Program-made: the position numbers and the translations under genes
Part shown: piece after piece, positions 32,633 to 44,842 of the stretch
Position numbering within the stretch: position 1 is the first letter of the stretch
Layout: each line of letters opens with the position of its first letter
Source: Rhizaria sp. SCN 62-66
Lineage: Eukaryota
Reading direction: 5' to 3'
NCBI GenBank assembly: GCA_001724265.1
Contig: MEDY01000040.1
Coordinates: forward strand, 1-64,000
DNA: 64,000 bases
Notes under the pieces: model-generated
Told to the model about the DNA's origin: nothing
The model's input: only the letters and a program-made list of their open reading frames with translations
Databases searched by the model: none

Positions 32633-35600
32633 TCACTGCGAGTAGATGTCGAACAGCGCGACACCCGATCCCTGGAGCGAGTCCACATCGATGCCGGCCC
32701 CCGCTGCTCCGCCCCTCTCAACGGCAGGGCTTTGCAGTGCGCCCCCCGCGGCCCCGAGGTCACCACCGCGGCCGTCGCCGCTGCCGCCGACGCCGGGGGC
32801 GGAAAGCTGGCCGCGCGCGCGGCGTTCCCTAAGCACACGACGCTTCGGCTTCGCGGCTGCGGCGGCGGCTGCGGCGGCTGCGGCGGCAGCGGCGGCGGCA
32901 GCGGCGGCAGCGGCGGCGGCGATGGCGGCCTTATCGCTCATGTTATACTGTGCAGGCTGCTGCTGCTGCTGTTGTTGCTGCTGTTGTTGCTGAGCGAAAT
33001 GCTGCTGCTGGAGCTGATACTGCTGCTGCGCGTAGTCGGGGTATGAAACGATCTCGCTATAGATATCACTCGCAAGCGCGCCGCTGCCGCCCGGAAGCTG
33101 GTGAAGCTGCGCCTGAACCAGCAGCGCCTCCGCAGCCGCAGCAGTAGTCGCAGCTGCCGTGTCGGCGTCGTGAGAAGCAGAAGGAGCATTCGCGTCACCA
33201 AGCAGGGAGACAGGAACGTTGTAGCTGCTACTGTTGCTGTTGCTGCTCAGCACACTGGCGCTCGGGCTAGGACTGGCACTGTAATACGCAGCACTCCCAC
33301 CGCCAACGTTGTTGCTGTTGCTGTGGGGGTGGCTCTCGTCGTCTGTCGTCGTCGCCGTCGCAGAGCTCGCGGCGCCAGTCGGGCCCGCAGTGGGCGGCGT
33401 GGTCGCGGCCGCCGTCGTCGCCGCCGACTGCTGCTGCTGCTGTTGCTGTAGATGCTGCATTGTCCCGTTGAGTAGCACACCGTCGCTCGTACCAGTGCCA
33501 TTCACACTGTTGTTGCTGCTACTCGCACTCGTGTTCGAGACCGTGAGCAGCGACGGGCAGTTCTCAGCGACACCGGGCAGCGTACCCACGGAACCACTGC
33601 TGCCCACGGTCACCCCGGCGGCGCCGGAGCCCATGGGTCCCGCGTTCGCAGCGAGGTTCAACGCGCTTACGGTCATCCCCGCGCCGGCGCCAGCGCCGTT
33701 TAAGTTAAGCCGCAGCGCGGTCTGTTGCGGGGTCTGAGGCACGCTTCCGGGCACACTTCCGGCGCCGCTGGCGCCGACGGCGGTCAAAAGCCCAGAGTTG
33801 CCCCCAGAAGCAGCGCCGGCTCCGGCTCCAGCTCCGGTGTTCAGAGCGATGGAGGAAACGGCACCACTGTTCGATGAGCCAGTGGAGCCATTGGAGGCTA
33901 AGGCTGAGGCTGAGGGGGGCAGAGGAACGCCAGCCTCGGCTGCGGCGGCGGCCGCGGCGGCCGCCGCCGCCGCAGCGACTGCGGCCGCCGCAGCGGCCGT
34001 GGCCTTCTTGTCCTGCCGCTCCTGCGCCTTCTTGGCGCGCCGTTTCGCGGCCTTGGCACGGATCTTCTCCTTTTGCGCGTCGAGGAATTCGCGGTGGGAC
34101 TCCCACATGATTTCGAGGAACTCCTCGAACTCGACCGTGCCGTCGTCGTCGACATCGACTTCGTCGAGCATCGCCGAGAGCTCTTGGGCTGTGTACAGGC
34201 CCTTGTCCGCCAGCGCCTAGTCGGGAGAGAAACAAAAGTTACAGAAAGTGAGATATATTGCAAATAAAGCCGCGGTCAATTGAGTACTACCTAAGACAGA
34301 AGTTACGATATGTCACATTGATGGACAGTTTAAGGGCGGTTTGATGTGGTATATGCAGTCAAATGCAGTGTTTTCATATGATTGTTGCGTACCTGCGAGA
34401 GGTCGTCGAGGTCGACGCGGCCCGAGTTGTCGACGTCAAGTTTGCTGAAGGCTGCCCACATGCGCTCTTCTTTCTCTGATAGAGTCATAGAGACGTACGA
34501 AAGCAGCAAGTCCTCGTAGGAGAGGTACCCGTCGTTGTTAACGTCCACACGCTCCATGATTTGCTGTGAGTGTACGTCGATGCAAAAGAAGGAAAATGTG
34601 ATAAAGAGAATAAAGTGAGGGATATATCGTTCCAATTACAATGAGTTTAGATGATCATCCCGTTCATGCACGTAAAAAAACAACATTTAACGAACAAATA
34701 TTTCACGAATATATATCCTGAGTAATGAAGATATAGCGTACCTGAACTTCGCGCTCCCAGAAGGCATCCGACTCGACCAAGTCTTCCGTGGCCGCGGCGC
34801 CGGCATCCGACGTCGTCTCACTATCATTATCGCCGTTATCATCACCGTCACCGTCGCCGTCGCCGTCGCGTTTGTCGTCGCCGTCGTTGGCGTCACCGCT
34901 GTTGTCGCGGTGAACCTTGTTTGAGTTCGAGTCAGCGGCACCAGCGCCGTCGGTCTTCGGCTTAACAGCACCACCAGCAGTAGTAGCAGTGGGCGCAACC
35001 ACAGCGGAGCCCGTGCTCTTCAGTCCGCTATTGGCCGCCGCTGCCACCGCAGCAGCAGTGGCAGCGGCAGTGGCCGTGGTGGCGGCGATGGCCGCGATGG
35101 GGGCGCCTGTGATTTCGTCCCTCGCCTGCTGCTCCACGTAGAACTGCTTCATAACGCGTCGCAAGTCCTGGATCGAGACGAACCCGTCGCCGTTGCTGTC
35201 CATGGCCGCAAACGACGACTGCAGCTGCTGCAGCGATACATCAGACAAACAGTCAACCATCAAGTGCAGCACGGCCTGCTGGAACTTGCACTTGACGTCG
35301 AACGTGCTGATCGCTTTCACGACACGAGGATCGATCATGCTGCGCTGGGACGCCGCGCCCGCCAGCCAGGGGTGGTTGAGGGCCTCTGCCGCGGTGAGAC
35401 GTTGGCCAGAGTCAGAGGTCAGGAGACGCGAAAGGAGGTCCTTAGAGGCGTCGGAGACTGGGATCTCGCTCGGGAAATGCGCCTTTGGATGGATATATAC
35501 AACGCAAATACAAGTGAAATAAAAATTATGATTTGTAATTAGGTTAGATAGATACATAATTGTTATAATATCCAATATTTGATACGATTTCCGAATACTA

Positions 35601-37987
35601 TTGTCGTTTTCGACAGTGAAGCGTGACTTAACGCAGTAGCAAGCAAGTCCTACGACGTTAATGCATTTGCAGAAGAGAAACATATCGAGAGATAAAGTGA
35701 AGCGAGACGTACGCCTGCGCCGGGAAGCACGCGCGCATCGAATCCGCGCAAAATGAGCTGGAAAATGCGCTTATCGGCAGCGGCACGGCCGTCGAGCGCG
35801 GCTGCGCTGGGGTGGCGTGATCGACCTGAGCGTGGATGCGGTACAAGTCAAGTCAGAAAAAATAAGCGTTTACAGTGTGATGAATGAATGAAGTGAGAGT
35901 CAGCGAGATACAGAGTGCACAGGCAGTCATATGGAATACAAGGATAATGCATTTTAGTCAAACACAGCACAGAACAAAATTAATGTTGTTTCGCATCGAC
36001 ATCAGTTAACAACACAATAGTGCAAAAGCACAGTTAAACATGTTCATTGTGCGTATTCGCGGTGAAAGAAAAACGTACCAAGCCCGCGGCTGCTGCGCCT
36101 GCGGATGTTGCCTTGCTGTTGCGCCGCCACAGTCGTCACGGCAGTGTTCGCATTCACAGCGTTGCTATTGGCGTTGTTGGTATTGTTGTTGTTGTTGCGG
36201 GCGTTGGAGCGAGCACGGAGGGCCGACCCGGCTTCGTTGTCGCTATCATTATCATCGCTGTAGTTGCCCGCCGCCGCGGCCGCCGCAGCAGCCGCCGCCG
36301 CCGCTGCCGCCGCCGCCGCGGCCGCCGCAGCAGCCGCAGCCGCCTTGGCTCTCGCAGTCCCACCTGCAGTCGCCGCCGCTGCAGCAGCGCCAGCGCCGGA
36401 GGCAGGGGCAGCGGCGGAAGCGGCGGAGGCCGCGGCAGCAGGCGCCGGCAGGGCAGGCACCGCAGCATTGTTGCCGTTGTTGTTGTTGTAGGTGACTGTG
36501 AGCGAGTCGCTGCGGCGCACGTCGAACGGCGGGTACCCGAAGAGCATGATGAACATCACGACTCCGAGCGACCACAAATCGCACGACTGGTTGTACGCGC
36601 CCGCGAGGACTTCTGGTGCGATGAAGTAGGGCGTGCCGGTGGCGGCCGTGAAGTGGCCGCGGTGGCCGATGAACTTGGACAAACCGAAGTCGATCAGCTT
36701 AATGGGCGAGGAGGGGCCCGTGGAGACAAAGAGGAAGTTGTCGGGCTTCAGGTCGCAGTGCACGAGCTTCATCGAGTGCATGTACGCCACCGCCGAGATC
36801 ATCTGGTGCAGCAGCCGCGCCGCGTGGTGTTCCGAAAAAACCCCGCGCAGGCCGGCGTTGATGAGCTCGCCGCCCGTGCAGAGTTCCATTACGATGTAGA
36901 AATAGAGCGAATCCTCGAAAAACTCCTTGAATTCGATGATATTTGGATGCCGCAGCATCTGCATAATGCGAACCTCACGCTTGAACTGAGCCAAACCGTC
37001 CCATTTGAGCGCGAACTTGACCTTCGGAATGATTTTGCACGCGTATTCGACGCCTGTGCGGCGGCAGCGGGCCTTAACGACCTTGCCGAAGGAGCCGGGC
37101 TCGCCAACAGGCTCCTTGCCCAGTTCGTACGAGTCTGCAATCGCCGCGGTGGGGCCGAGGACCCAGGCGCCCGACCGCAAGGCGCGGGGGTCCGGGTGCT
37201 GCGGCTGCTGCTGCTGCTGGGACTGCTGGGAGTGCGACTGCTCGCGGTCACGTTCGTCGACGGGGGGGGAAGCGACCGTGGTCACCGCAGCGCTTGGATG
37301 GTGGTGACTGGCGGCCTGCTGCGGGCGGTGAGGCTGGTGGTGGCCGTGGGCGTGCGCGTGGTGGTGGGTCTGGTGACCGTGGGCAGCCGAGTGAACGAGA
37401 GCAGCCGTCGCAGATGGGTTCACAGCAGCATTCGCGGCAATATTGGCGTTGGCAGTGGTGTTGGCGTTGTTGTTCTCGGGGAGAGCGGTGGGGTCGTGGC
37501 CAGGATGGGAGCGAACAGGGAAGTTTTGCTGCAAGTGCTGCTGCTGCTGCCAGCCAGAGGCCGAGGCGGCTGCAGAGTAATACGAGGCAGTGCCGCCGCC
37601 GCCACCCATCATCGCTGCAGCAGCAGCTGATGACGACGATGACGATGACGCGAGAGAGCCGGAGTGGGGGACGACTGCGTTGCTGTTGCTGTTGCCGGTC
37701 AGACTGCTGCTGCCGCTGTCATAGCCGTCGCCGCCGTTGGCGTTGGCGGCGGCGGCTGCGTTAAGAGCTGCTGCGCGCTGCCGCTGGTACTGCGCTAGCT
37801 GCGCCCCGTGCGCGGCCGCGTCTGCCACCAGGGCAGCGTGGCCGCCGTGGCCGCCGCCCGCAAGCGCGAGGGCGGTGGTGGACGGGATGGGGTCAGTGGC
37901 GCTGTCATCAAGCGTTTGGGGGCCGGAGGTGCCGGCGAAGAAGGCGAGAGGCCCGGATGGGGATTCCTTAGTGCATGTGTTGCCCAT
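32633..37987 (-). CDS. CDPK: Calcium-dependent protein kinase (kinase + 4 EF-hands), about 1505 aa, 5 exons
   Basis: Exons 37987-36079, 35825-35713, 35482-34742, 34563-34393, 34216-32633, all phase-consistent. N-terminal MGNTC (acylation-like). Kinase motifs GEPGSFGKV, ACK, HCDLKPDN, DFG, GTPYFIAPE, DLWSLG. EF loops DSNGDGFVSIQD, DVNNDGYLSYED, DVDNSGRVDLDD, DVDDDGTVEFEE. Confidence 0.92.
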
Positions 37988-39169
37988 TCACCGGGATACG
38001 GGAGGAACGCGCGGGGAAAGGGACTGGCAGCTGGGGGGCGCGGGCGCGCGGGGGAGGAAGCGTGAGGGAAGTGGGGAGCAGCACGTAGATAGGGCGCTGT
38101 GGGTGGAGGGCTGGGGGGCGAGATGCAAAGACGTTGGGGAGGGGTGGCGGCACTGGATAAGCACCGGAGGTGGTTTTCTGCACAGAAAAAGCAAGACACA
38201 AAGAAAGGAAGAGTAGTCGCAGTGGTGAGACGTTGAGATGCAGAAAGTTGACGCGAGCCGATCGCGTGACATGTTAAAATGCTGTGGCAGCGGGTGAGGG
38301 GGCTTGGGAAGGGGGCACGCCAGAACGCTTGTGGAGCGATAGAATCCCAGCAAAGGCGGTGTAATAACACGCAGAGGTGGCGCATAACAGCTGGTTCAAG
38401 CGTAACCCGGTAGAGAGATGCAACTGTTCGACTGAGACATGGAGTAAGTCCCGTTGGCAAGGAGGTCGGGCGAAGTGAGCAAGCAAACCGGTGTGACGGC
38501 GTCAAGTCAGCGCGAAATTGGGACATGCTCTGCGCCACGGACGCAACCTTGCTTCCATGAGTCGTACATCCCCATGAAATTGACCGAGAACAGTCGCTGC
38601 GACTGTTGAAGCACGGTGTATACTCCAAAGAATCAAGTTGGTAAAATCCCTGCCTCCGCGTCGAAAGGCGGACGACAGGCAGCCGCTGACGGTTCGCAAA
38701 AAGTCAAGCTCGTAGTCGTCGCCGTCGGTCTGACCAAGTTCAAAAAAATGCTCTGGCGCCGTGCATGTCCGCTCGTTTAAATCCGGATAGTGAAGTTTGT
38801 GAAGAAATCGAGAATTAACCTCGATATCCTAATTGTTTTATCCACAATAGTGTGTCTTGGCGTCGTATGCACTCCTTGCGAAGTTCCCACCACCCCGCGT
38901 GCCGACCTCCGCGTCGTCCCGCCTCTCACCGACTGTCTGCATGCATTAACGCTCTCCTTCATGTAACTAACCTTTCTGACCACATATAACCGCTACTTTT
39001 CACTACTATAGTCGCACGTAGGCTCTCAAATTTCTTGAACTGCCGCTGCCGAACGCTGTTTACGAGCCCCAACCGCAACGCTCTCATCACAAGAGCGATC
39101 CGAATCAACTCTCTCTAACACGGAGCAGCCACGGTCGCAGTTTACTTGTCTCACCGACGCGCCATTACG

Positions 39170-41703
39170 ATGTCCGACTACGCCACGTTTGCGCCCGCCG
39201 CGGGCGCCAGCGCTGGCGGCCACAGCAACGGGCCTCTGTCCCCTTCAGCGGCGTCCTCAACGGCCGACCATCACGACTACACCAGTCGCAGTTACAGCAA
39301 CAGCAACAGCAGTGCAGTTGCCGCCAGCTCTGCTGAGGGTGGTAGCGACGCCCAAAGTGAGGCTCCCGCGATGGCGCCCCGTTTCCCGTGGCAAATCGAG
39401 GGTCAAGGCACAGGTATGCCAGTCATTCAGACAGACTAGACACCTCTTTTACAACTTTATAAAATGACGGGTTCGATGACGTCACTAAATGAATGATATC
39501 TCGCGCATATATCATCAATTCGAGTTAACATATAGACTTATGGTATAGCACCAGATTTATCATACCTTCATAACACGCCACGTTGTTATATCTTTATTTC
39601 ACGCTTCTACATTCTTTCTTATCTTTCGCCACTTGTTTTATTTGCCCTGACCACGCCCGTAAAGCTCTGTCAACGGGCATGACGGTGGCGCAGATCTGCG
39701 CCGGTGTCGGCCTCCTTGCCCTGCCTTACGCCTTTGTCCTTGCGGGTTTCCCCATCGGCATTGCCGGTGTGTCGCTTGTCGCATACGCCAACTACGCAAA
39801 CACGCGCTGGCTCGTCGAAGCCAAAGACGCCGTACTGCTCTACGGTTTGTACCGCAAGGGAAAGGATCTCGTGTCCAAGGCCGACAGGCGCGCGCGCAGG
39901 GCGCAGCGGCGCGCGCTCAAGGGCCATAGTGACGAGGCGGGGGTGGTGGCGGCGTCGAGCGAGGCCACTCCGCTGATCGCGAGTCACGCGTCTGCTCACG
40001 GTCACTCACATGAGACGACTGACGTTGACGCTGACGCTGATGCTGATGCTGCTGCTGTTGACTGCAACAGCAGCAACAGTAACGCTGTTGCCGACGGCAG
40101 TTACACCGGTGCGCAGGCGCCGCGGCTTAACTTAAAGCTCAACCCACGCGTTGCCCCGTCAGACTCCTCTCTGATCAAGCCTTTCCAGTTCTCAAACAGC
40201 AACAGCAAGGGTCAGCACGACAACAGTAAGTTTGACCTCGAGTCGCACGCAGCTGTGCATACTGCGGCTGCGGCTGCGAGCGGGACTGCGAGCGGGACTG
40301 TGAATGCGAGAGTGAGTGCGTCGGAGGCGCTGGTGGCGCGAGCGTGTGCCGGCGGGCCTCTGGCCCACTTGATCACGACTGAGCCCCCCGTTATCAACAA
40401 CCCGTCCGCTCACGGTCACTCAGCTGCTCACGGTCACTCTCACTCCGCTCACTGTCACGGTGACGCCAGTGGGAGTCGTGATGTCGTTGCTTTGGAGCTG
40501 GCTGTCATCTCGCCCAAGGCCACCCACCGGACGATCTTCTCACCGACCCACCTCAACAGCGCCGGTGGCAACAGCAAGAGCAACTCGCTCACCGACAGCG
40601 GCAGCGGCAGTGACGTTGACAGCGACGACGACGATGCCGATGCCGAGGGCAACTCGACGCAAGTGGAGGAGCTGAGCTCCGGGACGTTCGGGTTTGTTGC
40701 CCGTGCCATCATCGGCCGCCACGGGCCCCTCTTGGTCGATCTCTCGCTGCTGCTCACTCTGCTCGGATGCGCCACGCTGTACTTCATCACTCTGGGCCAC
40801 ATGCTTGCGACCAGCCCCAGTCAACTCCCTCCCGCCTCCTCTTCCGCGGCCGTCGACACCGGTTCTAGCGCGTTCGCGGCGCTGTCGCGCTGGTGGCAAG
40901 GGCTCACTCTTTCCCCCACCGCGATCATCATCCTCGCCACGCTGCTGCAGTCACCTTTAGCACTCATCCGCGACCTGTCTAATCTGTCCTGGGTTGCGTA
41001 CGTGGGCATCGCGAGCTACACGGCCGCTATTGTCGCTATTACTAGCGAGGGCCTCTCTATGGCCTACGGCGGCGCCCAGTCCGCCGCCACCGCTGCAGTC
41101 ACCTCCGCAGTTTCTACCGCAGTGAGCGCTGGGACATCCGCTGCGGGGGTGACTCCAGTGCGGACGCTGTGGGGCGATTTGACCCACACCGTCTACTGGT
41201 CACTCCCGTCCAACGCCGCCACAACCGCCGCCGCCGCCGCCGCGACGGGCGCGGCGCAGTCGCCGTTTCTGATTGTTTTCCAGTTCATCGGCATGGTCGC
41301 CTTCTCGTTCGGCATCCCCGCGCTCGCGTTTGACCTGGAGGCCGCGATGACCCGCCGTGCCCGCAAGAGCTACGGAGTCACCATGGCCACCACAACGGCC
41401 ACAGTTGCCGTGCTCTACGCCTGCATCGGCGTTGTCTTAGCCCTCGCCTTCTCTGTGGACCCAACTGGTAGCGACCCCAGTCTGCCGCGCGGCGCCGGTG
41501 TCGCGCCGCTCGTTTTGCTGTCGCTGCCCGCCGCCAGCGCGGTGGCAAAGGCGGTCACGGCGGCGATCGCGGTGACGATGCTGTGCGCGCTGGCTCCGAC
41601 GCTCCTTACGCCGGCGATCAACCTCATGGAGCTCCTGGTCTTTGGTTCCCTGCCCCACGACGACAAGAGCGACAACAGCCGCAACAACAACGCAAACGCG
41701 GTT

Positions 41704-41750
<47 letters not shown>

Positions 41751-42084
41751 TGGAGGCAGCAGCAGTGTGTTTGCACGCGTGCGCAGCGCACTGCCGACCG
41801 GCGACGCCGTTGCCCGCGCCGCTTTGCGCCTGTCCGCCCTGTGGCTATGTGCGTTTGTGGCGGTCAACGTGCCGTGCTTCTCCCTCATCATGGCCATCGT
41901 CGGCTCCGGCTCCGTCGGGCTGGTCTGCTTCGTGCTGCCGCCGATGTTCCTGCTGAAGCTCGCCGGCGCTGGCGTGGTGAGTAAGACGGCGACTCAGGTG
42001 CTTGTGCTGAGGGCCATGTTCGCGTTTGGCGTCATTGCTTGTGTGTCCAGTCTGTGGGTTGGCGCCACCGGCGAGTGCAATTAA
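39170..42084 (+). CDS. Amino-acid/auxin permease (AAAP; SLC36/38-like) transporter, about 887 aa, 2 exons
   Basis: Exons 39170-39413 and 39665-42084 (phase 1, GTATG...AAG). Motifs ICAGVGLLALPYAFVLAG, PLALIRDLSNL, GMVAFSF, VPCFSLIMAIVGS..CFVLPP; multiple hydrophobic helices. Confidence 0.87.
41704..41748 (+). repeat. Perfect (AGC)15 microsatellite encoding poly-Ser in the transporter
   Basis: Counted directly. Confidence 0.9.
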
Positions 42085-42508
42085 AGCAAGGCAAAACAAA
42101 AACAAGACAAGGTCCAACGAGAGAAAGCCTTGACTTGCGTTAGGTGAGTTCGCCTTGTTTGTATTTGTTTTTAGTTTTGATAGTGATTAGGATCCTTGAT
42201 ATAGTAATGATCGTTAATAATAATAATAATCTTAGTATACGATGATCCGTGTCTTGATCTTTGCGCGGGTGAAGCAAAGTGGTTTCGGGCCATTTGTGTT
42301 TATCACTGTTCGCCAAGTCATAGTTCATGGAGTTGTTGTGTAAATGTTACATAGTCTTGTCTATTTGGTCTATTTCCCATTATCTGTTTTGTTTGTTGTT
42401 ATCTAATACATTATTTCAACGTTTTTCATTTGTCGCATTAACATAAACCGTATTTTTCAATCGTTACATCCTTCAATCACTCAGAGTAGCCGTCCATGCT
42501 GTCAGTTT

Positions 42509-44811
42509 TCAGTCGATTTGCTCAATCTTAACGCTGCTCGCCGCAGGTGTGCCGCCACTCGCGTATCCGTACTCCTGACTGTTATAGCTTGCGTACCCAT
42601 GAGTACCGTGGCCGTGGGTACCCTTGCTGCTCACAACAGTCATCCCCCGCTCCACCTTTCCCACAGCAACAGTCTTCGCCACAACACCGCCACTGTAGCC
42701 AGCGCCACTCTTCCCGTGACTGTCACCGCGGCTGCTGCTGCTGCTGCTGCGATGAGTGTTGGCGCCGCGAGCGTTGGCGTTGAGACTGCGTTTGTGTCGC
42801 AGCGCGCGGTCCTCCGCCTCGACCCGCGCACAGTGTCGCGCCATCTCCCTGAGAAACGCCGCCACCCTGGCCTCGGCTTCAGGCCCTTCTTCTGCCAGAC
42901 TGGGCGCTAGAGCGACAAAGGCTTCGAGCAGAGGCGCGTGCCGGCGCAGGTCTGCCACGGCAGCCGCGATGCCGGCGTCGGGGCCCGAGGCGGCAGAGGC
43001 GGCTGCGAGGGCCGCGGCGTCCGCGGCGGCGGCGGTGTCCGCGTCTCCTAATGATGCAGATGCCGCAGACGCAGACGCAGGCGCAGAGCTGCTATTGTTC
43101 GCAGTGTTGTTGCTGTGATTCTGAGAGCTGTTGCGCCAGAGCTGCGCCGAGTTTTCCTCACTACTGCTGCTGCCAAGTCCACTATAGTCCCCAAGGAAGT
43201 CGCCATTTCCATCGTCTTGCTCTTCAATAACGCAGTCAACGGCATCGCCGTCAGCGCGCGCCCCGTCCAGCGCGATTGCAGTGAGTCCCGCCAGGTCCCG
43301 CGCCGTCCCGGCCGCCGGCAGCACCGCCCGCCCGGCCTGCATTTGTGCGGCGACGGCGGCGGCGCGCGCGACAAGCGGGGCGGGCACGCCGGCGGCGCGG
43401 GCGCAGCCGAAGCCGAAGCTGTTGCCGCCCCAACCGGGCGCGACGCGGAACAGAGGCACCACGGTCGCGGTTGAGATCTCGGGCAGAAGCGGCCGCGACT
43501 CGCTCGCAGTCGCAGTGTCGCCGGCAGCGCTCGCACTGCTTGAGCTAGAGTTAGAGCCATTAGGTCCGCCTGTGGGACTCGCGTTTGTTGTTACAAGAGG
43601 AGCGTCGTGAAGGGCGGTCTTGGCGACATATTGCATGCTGAAGAAGCGGACCCTTGGACTCTCCTTGACGAGCCCCTTCGTCGCGATCTCGTGCAAGTGC
43701 GTCGCGAACATCGTCTTGGGGCACTGCCCCGTCGGACGCCGGTCGAGCCACCTCAGCACGGCCGCCGCGAGCGCCACGCCGTCGGGCCCGTTGGTGCCGG
43801 CGCCGAACTCGTCCAGCAGCAGCAGCGTGGCGCCCGTGGCGGCCCGTAGAGCCCGGCCCGCGACGGCAACGTCGGCGGCAAAGGTCGACACGCCTCGGGC
43901 CGCGCAGTCGACGCTGGGGGCGCAGACCGCGATCGCGTCGCAGACGCCGATGACGGCCTCGGCGGCGGGGACGAAGGAGCCGATGTGGGCCAGGTAAGCG
44001 ATGACGCCGGTCTGGCGCAAGAGGACGGACTTGCCGGAGTTGTTGGGACCGGTGATCACGTGCACCGTGCCGTGGCCACTGCTCGCGGCACTCGAGCTCG
44101 CACTGCAGCTGCTGTCGCGATCGCCGCCGCCGCCGCCGCCGCCGCCGTCGAGCGTGGTGGTGTTGGGCACGAACGCGTCGACCGCCAGCTCCGCCAGCGG
44201 ATGCCGTCCGTTGACAATATGTAGCACTGAGCTATCGGCGGTCACCACGGGGCGGGTCAACCCGCGCTCGCGTGCCGCTACAGCCAGCGCGGCCACTGCG
44301 TCGAGCTCCGCCGCGGCAGAGGCGAACCTCTCCACGGCCGGCGCCGCGGTTGTCACCGCTGCGGCGAGGTGCAAGAGGACCTCGCGCTCGGCGTCAGCGA
44401 TGCGGGTGTGGAGGTCGCCCAGTTCGCGGCACAGCTCGTCGGTGCGCGGCGTGGAGTAGAAGGCGTAACCCTCGGCCACGAGTTCCAGACGCACTCCCGG
44501 CGGGAGTAAGCTCGGCTCAGCTAAAGGAGGCGGGGGAGGCGGCGGCGGCGGCGGCTGCGTCGGGAAGCGACCGCCGCCGCCATTGCCGCCACCGCCACCG
44601 CCGCGAGGGGTGTGGGCTGAGTAACCGTTACCGCGGGGCGTGTTGTGGCCGTTGCTGTTGACGCTGTTGTAGTATGTGGCGAGCGTGTCAGCCTCGACTT
44701 GTTCCCGCGCGACCGCGAGTACTGAGGCGACTTGACTTCGGTACGCAGCCTCGGCCTCGGGACCCCACGCGTACCCGGGGTTATGACCACCGGCACCATG
44801 CGTACTGAAAC

Positions 44812-44842
<31 letters not shown>

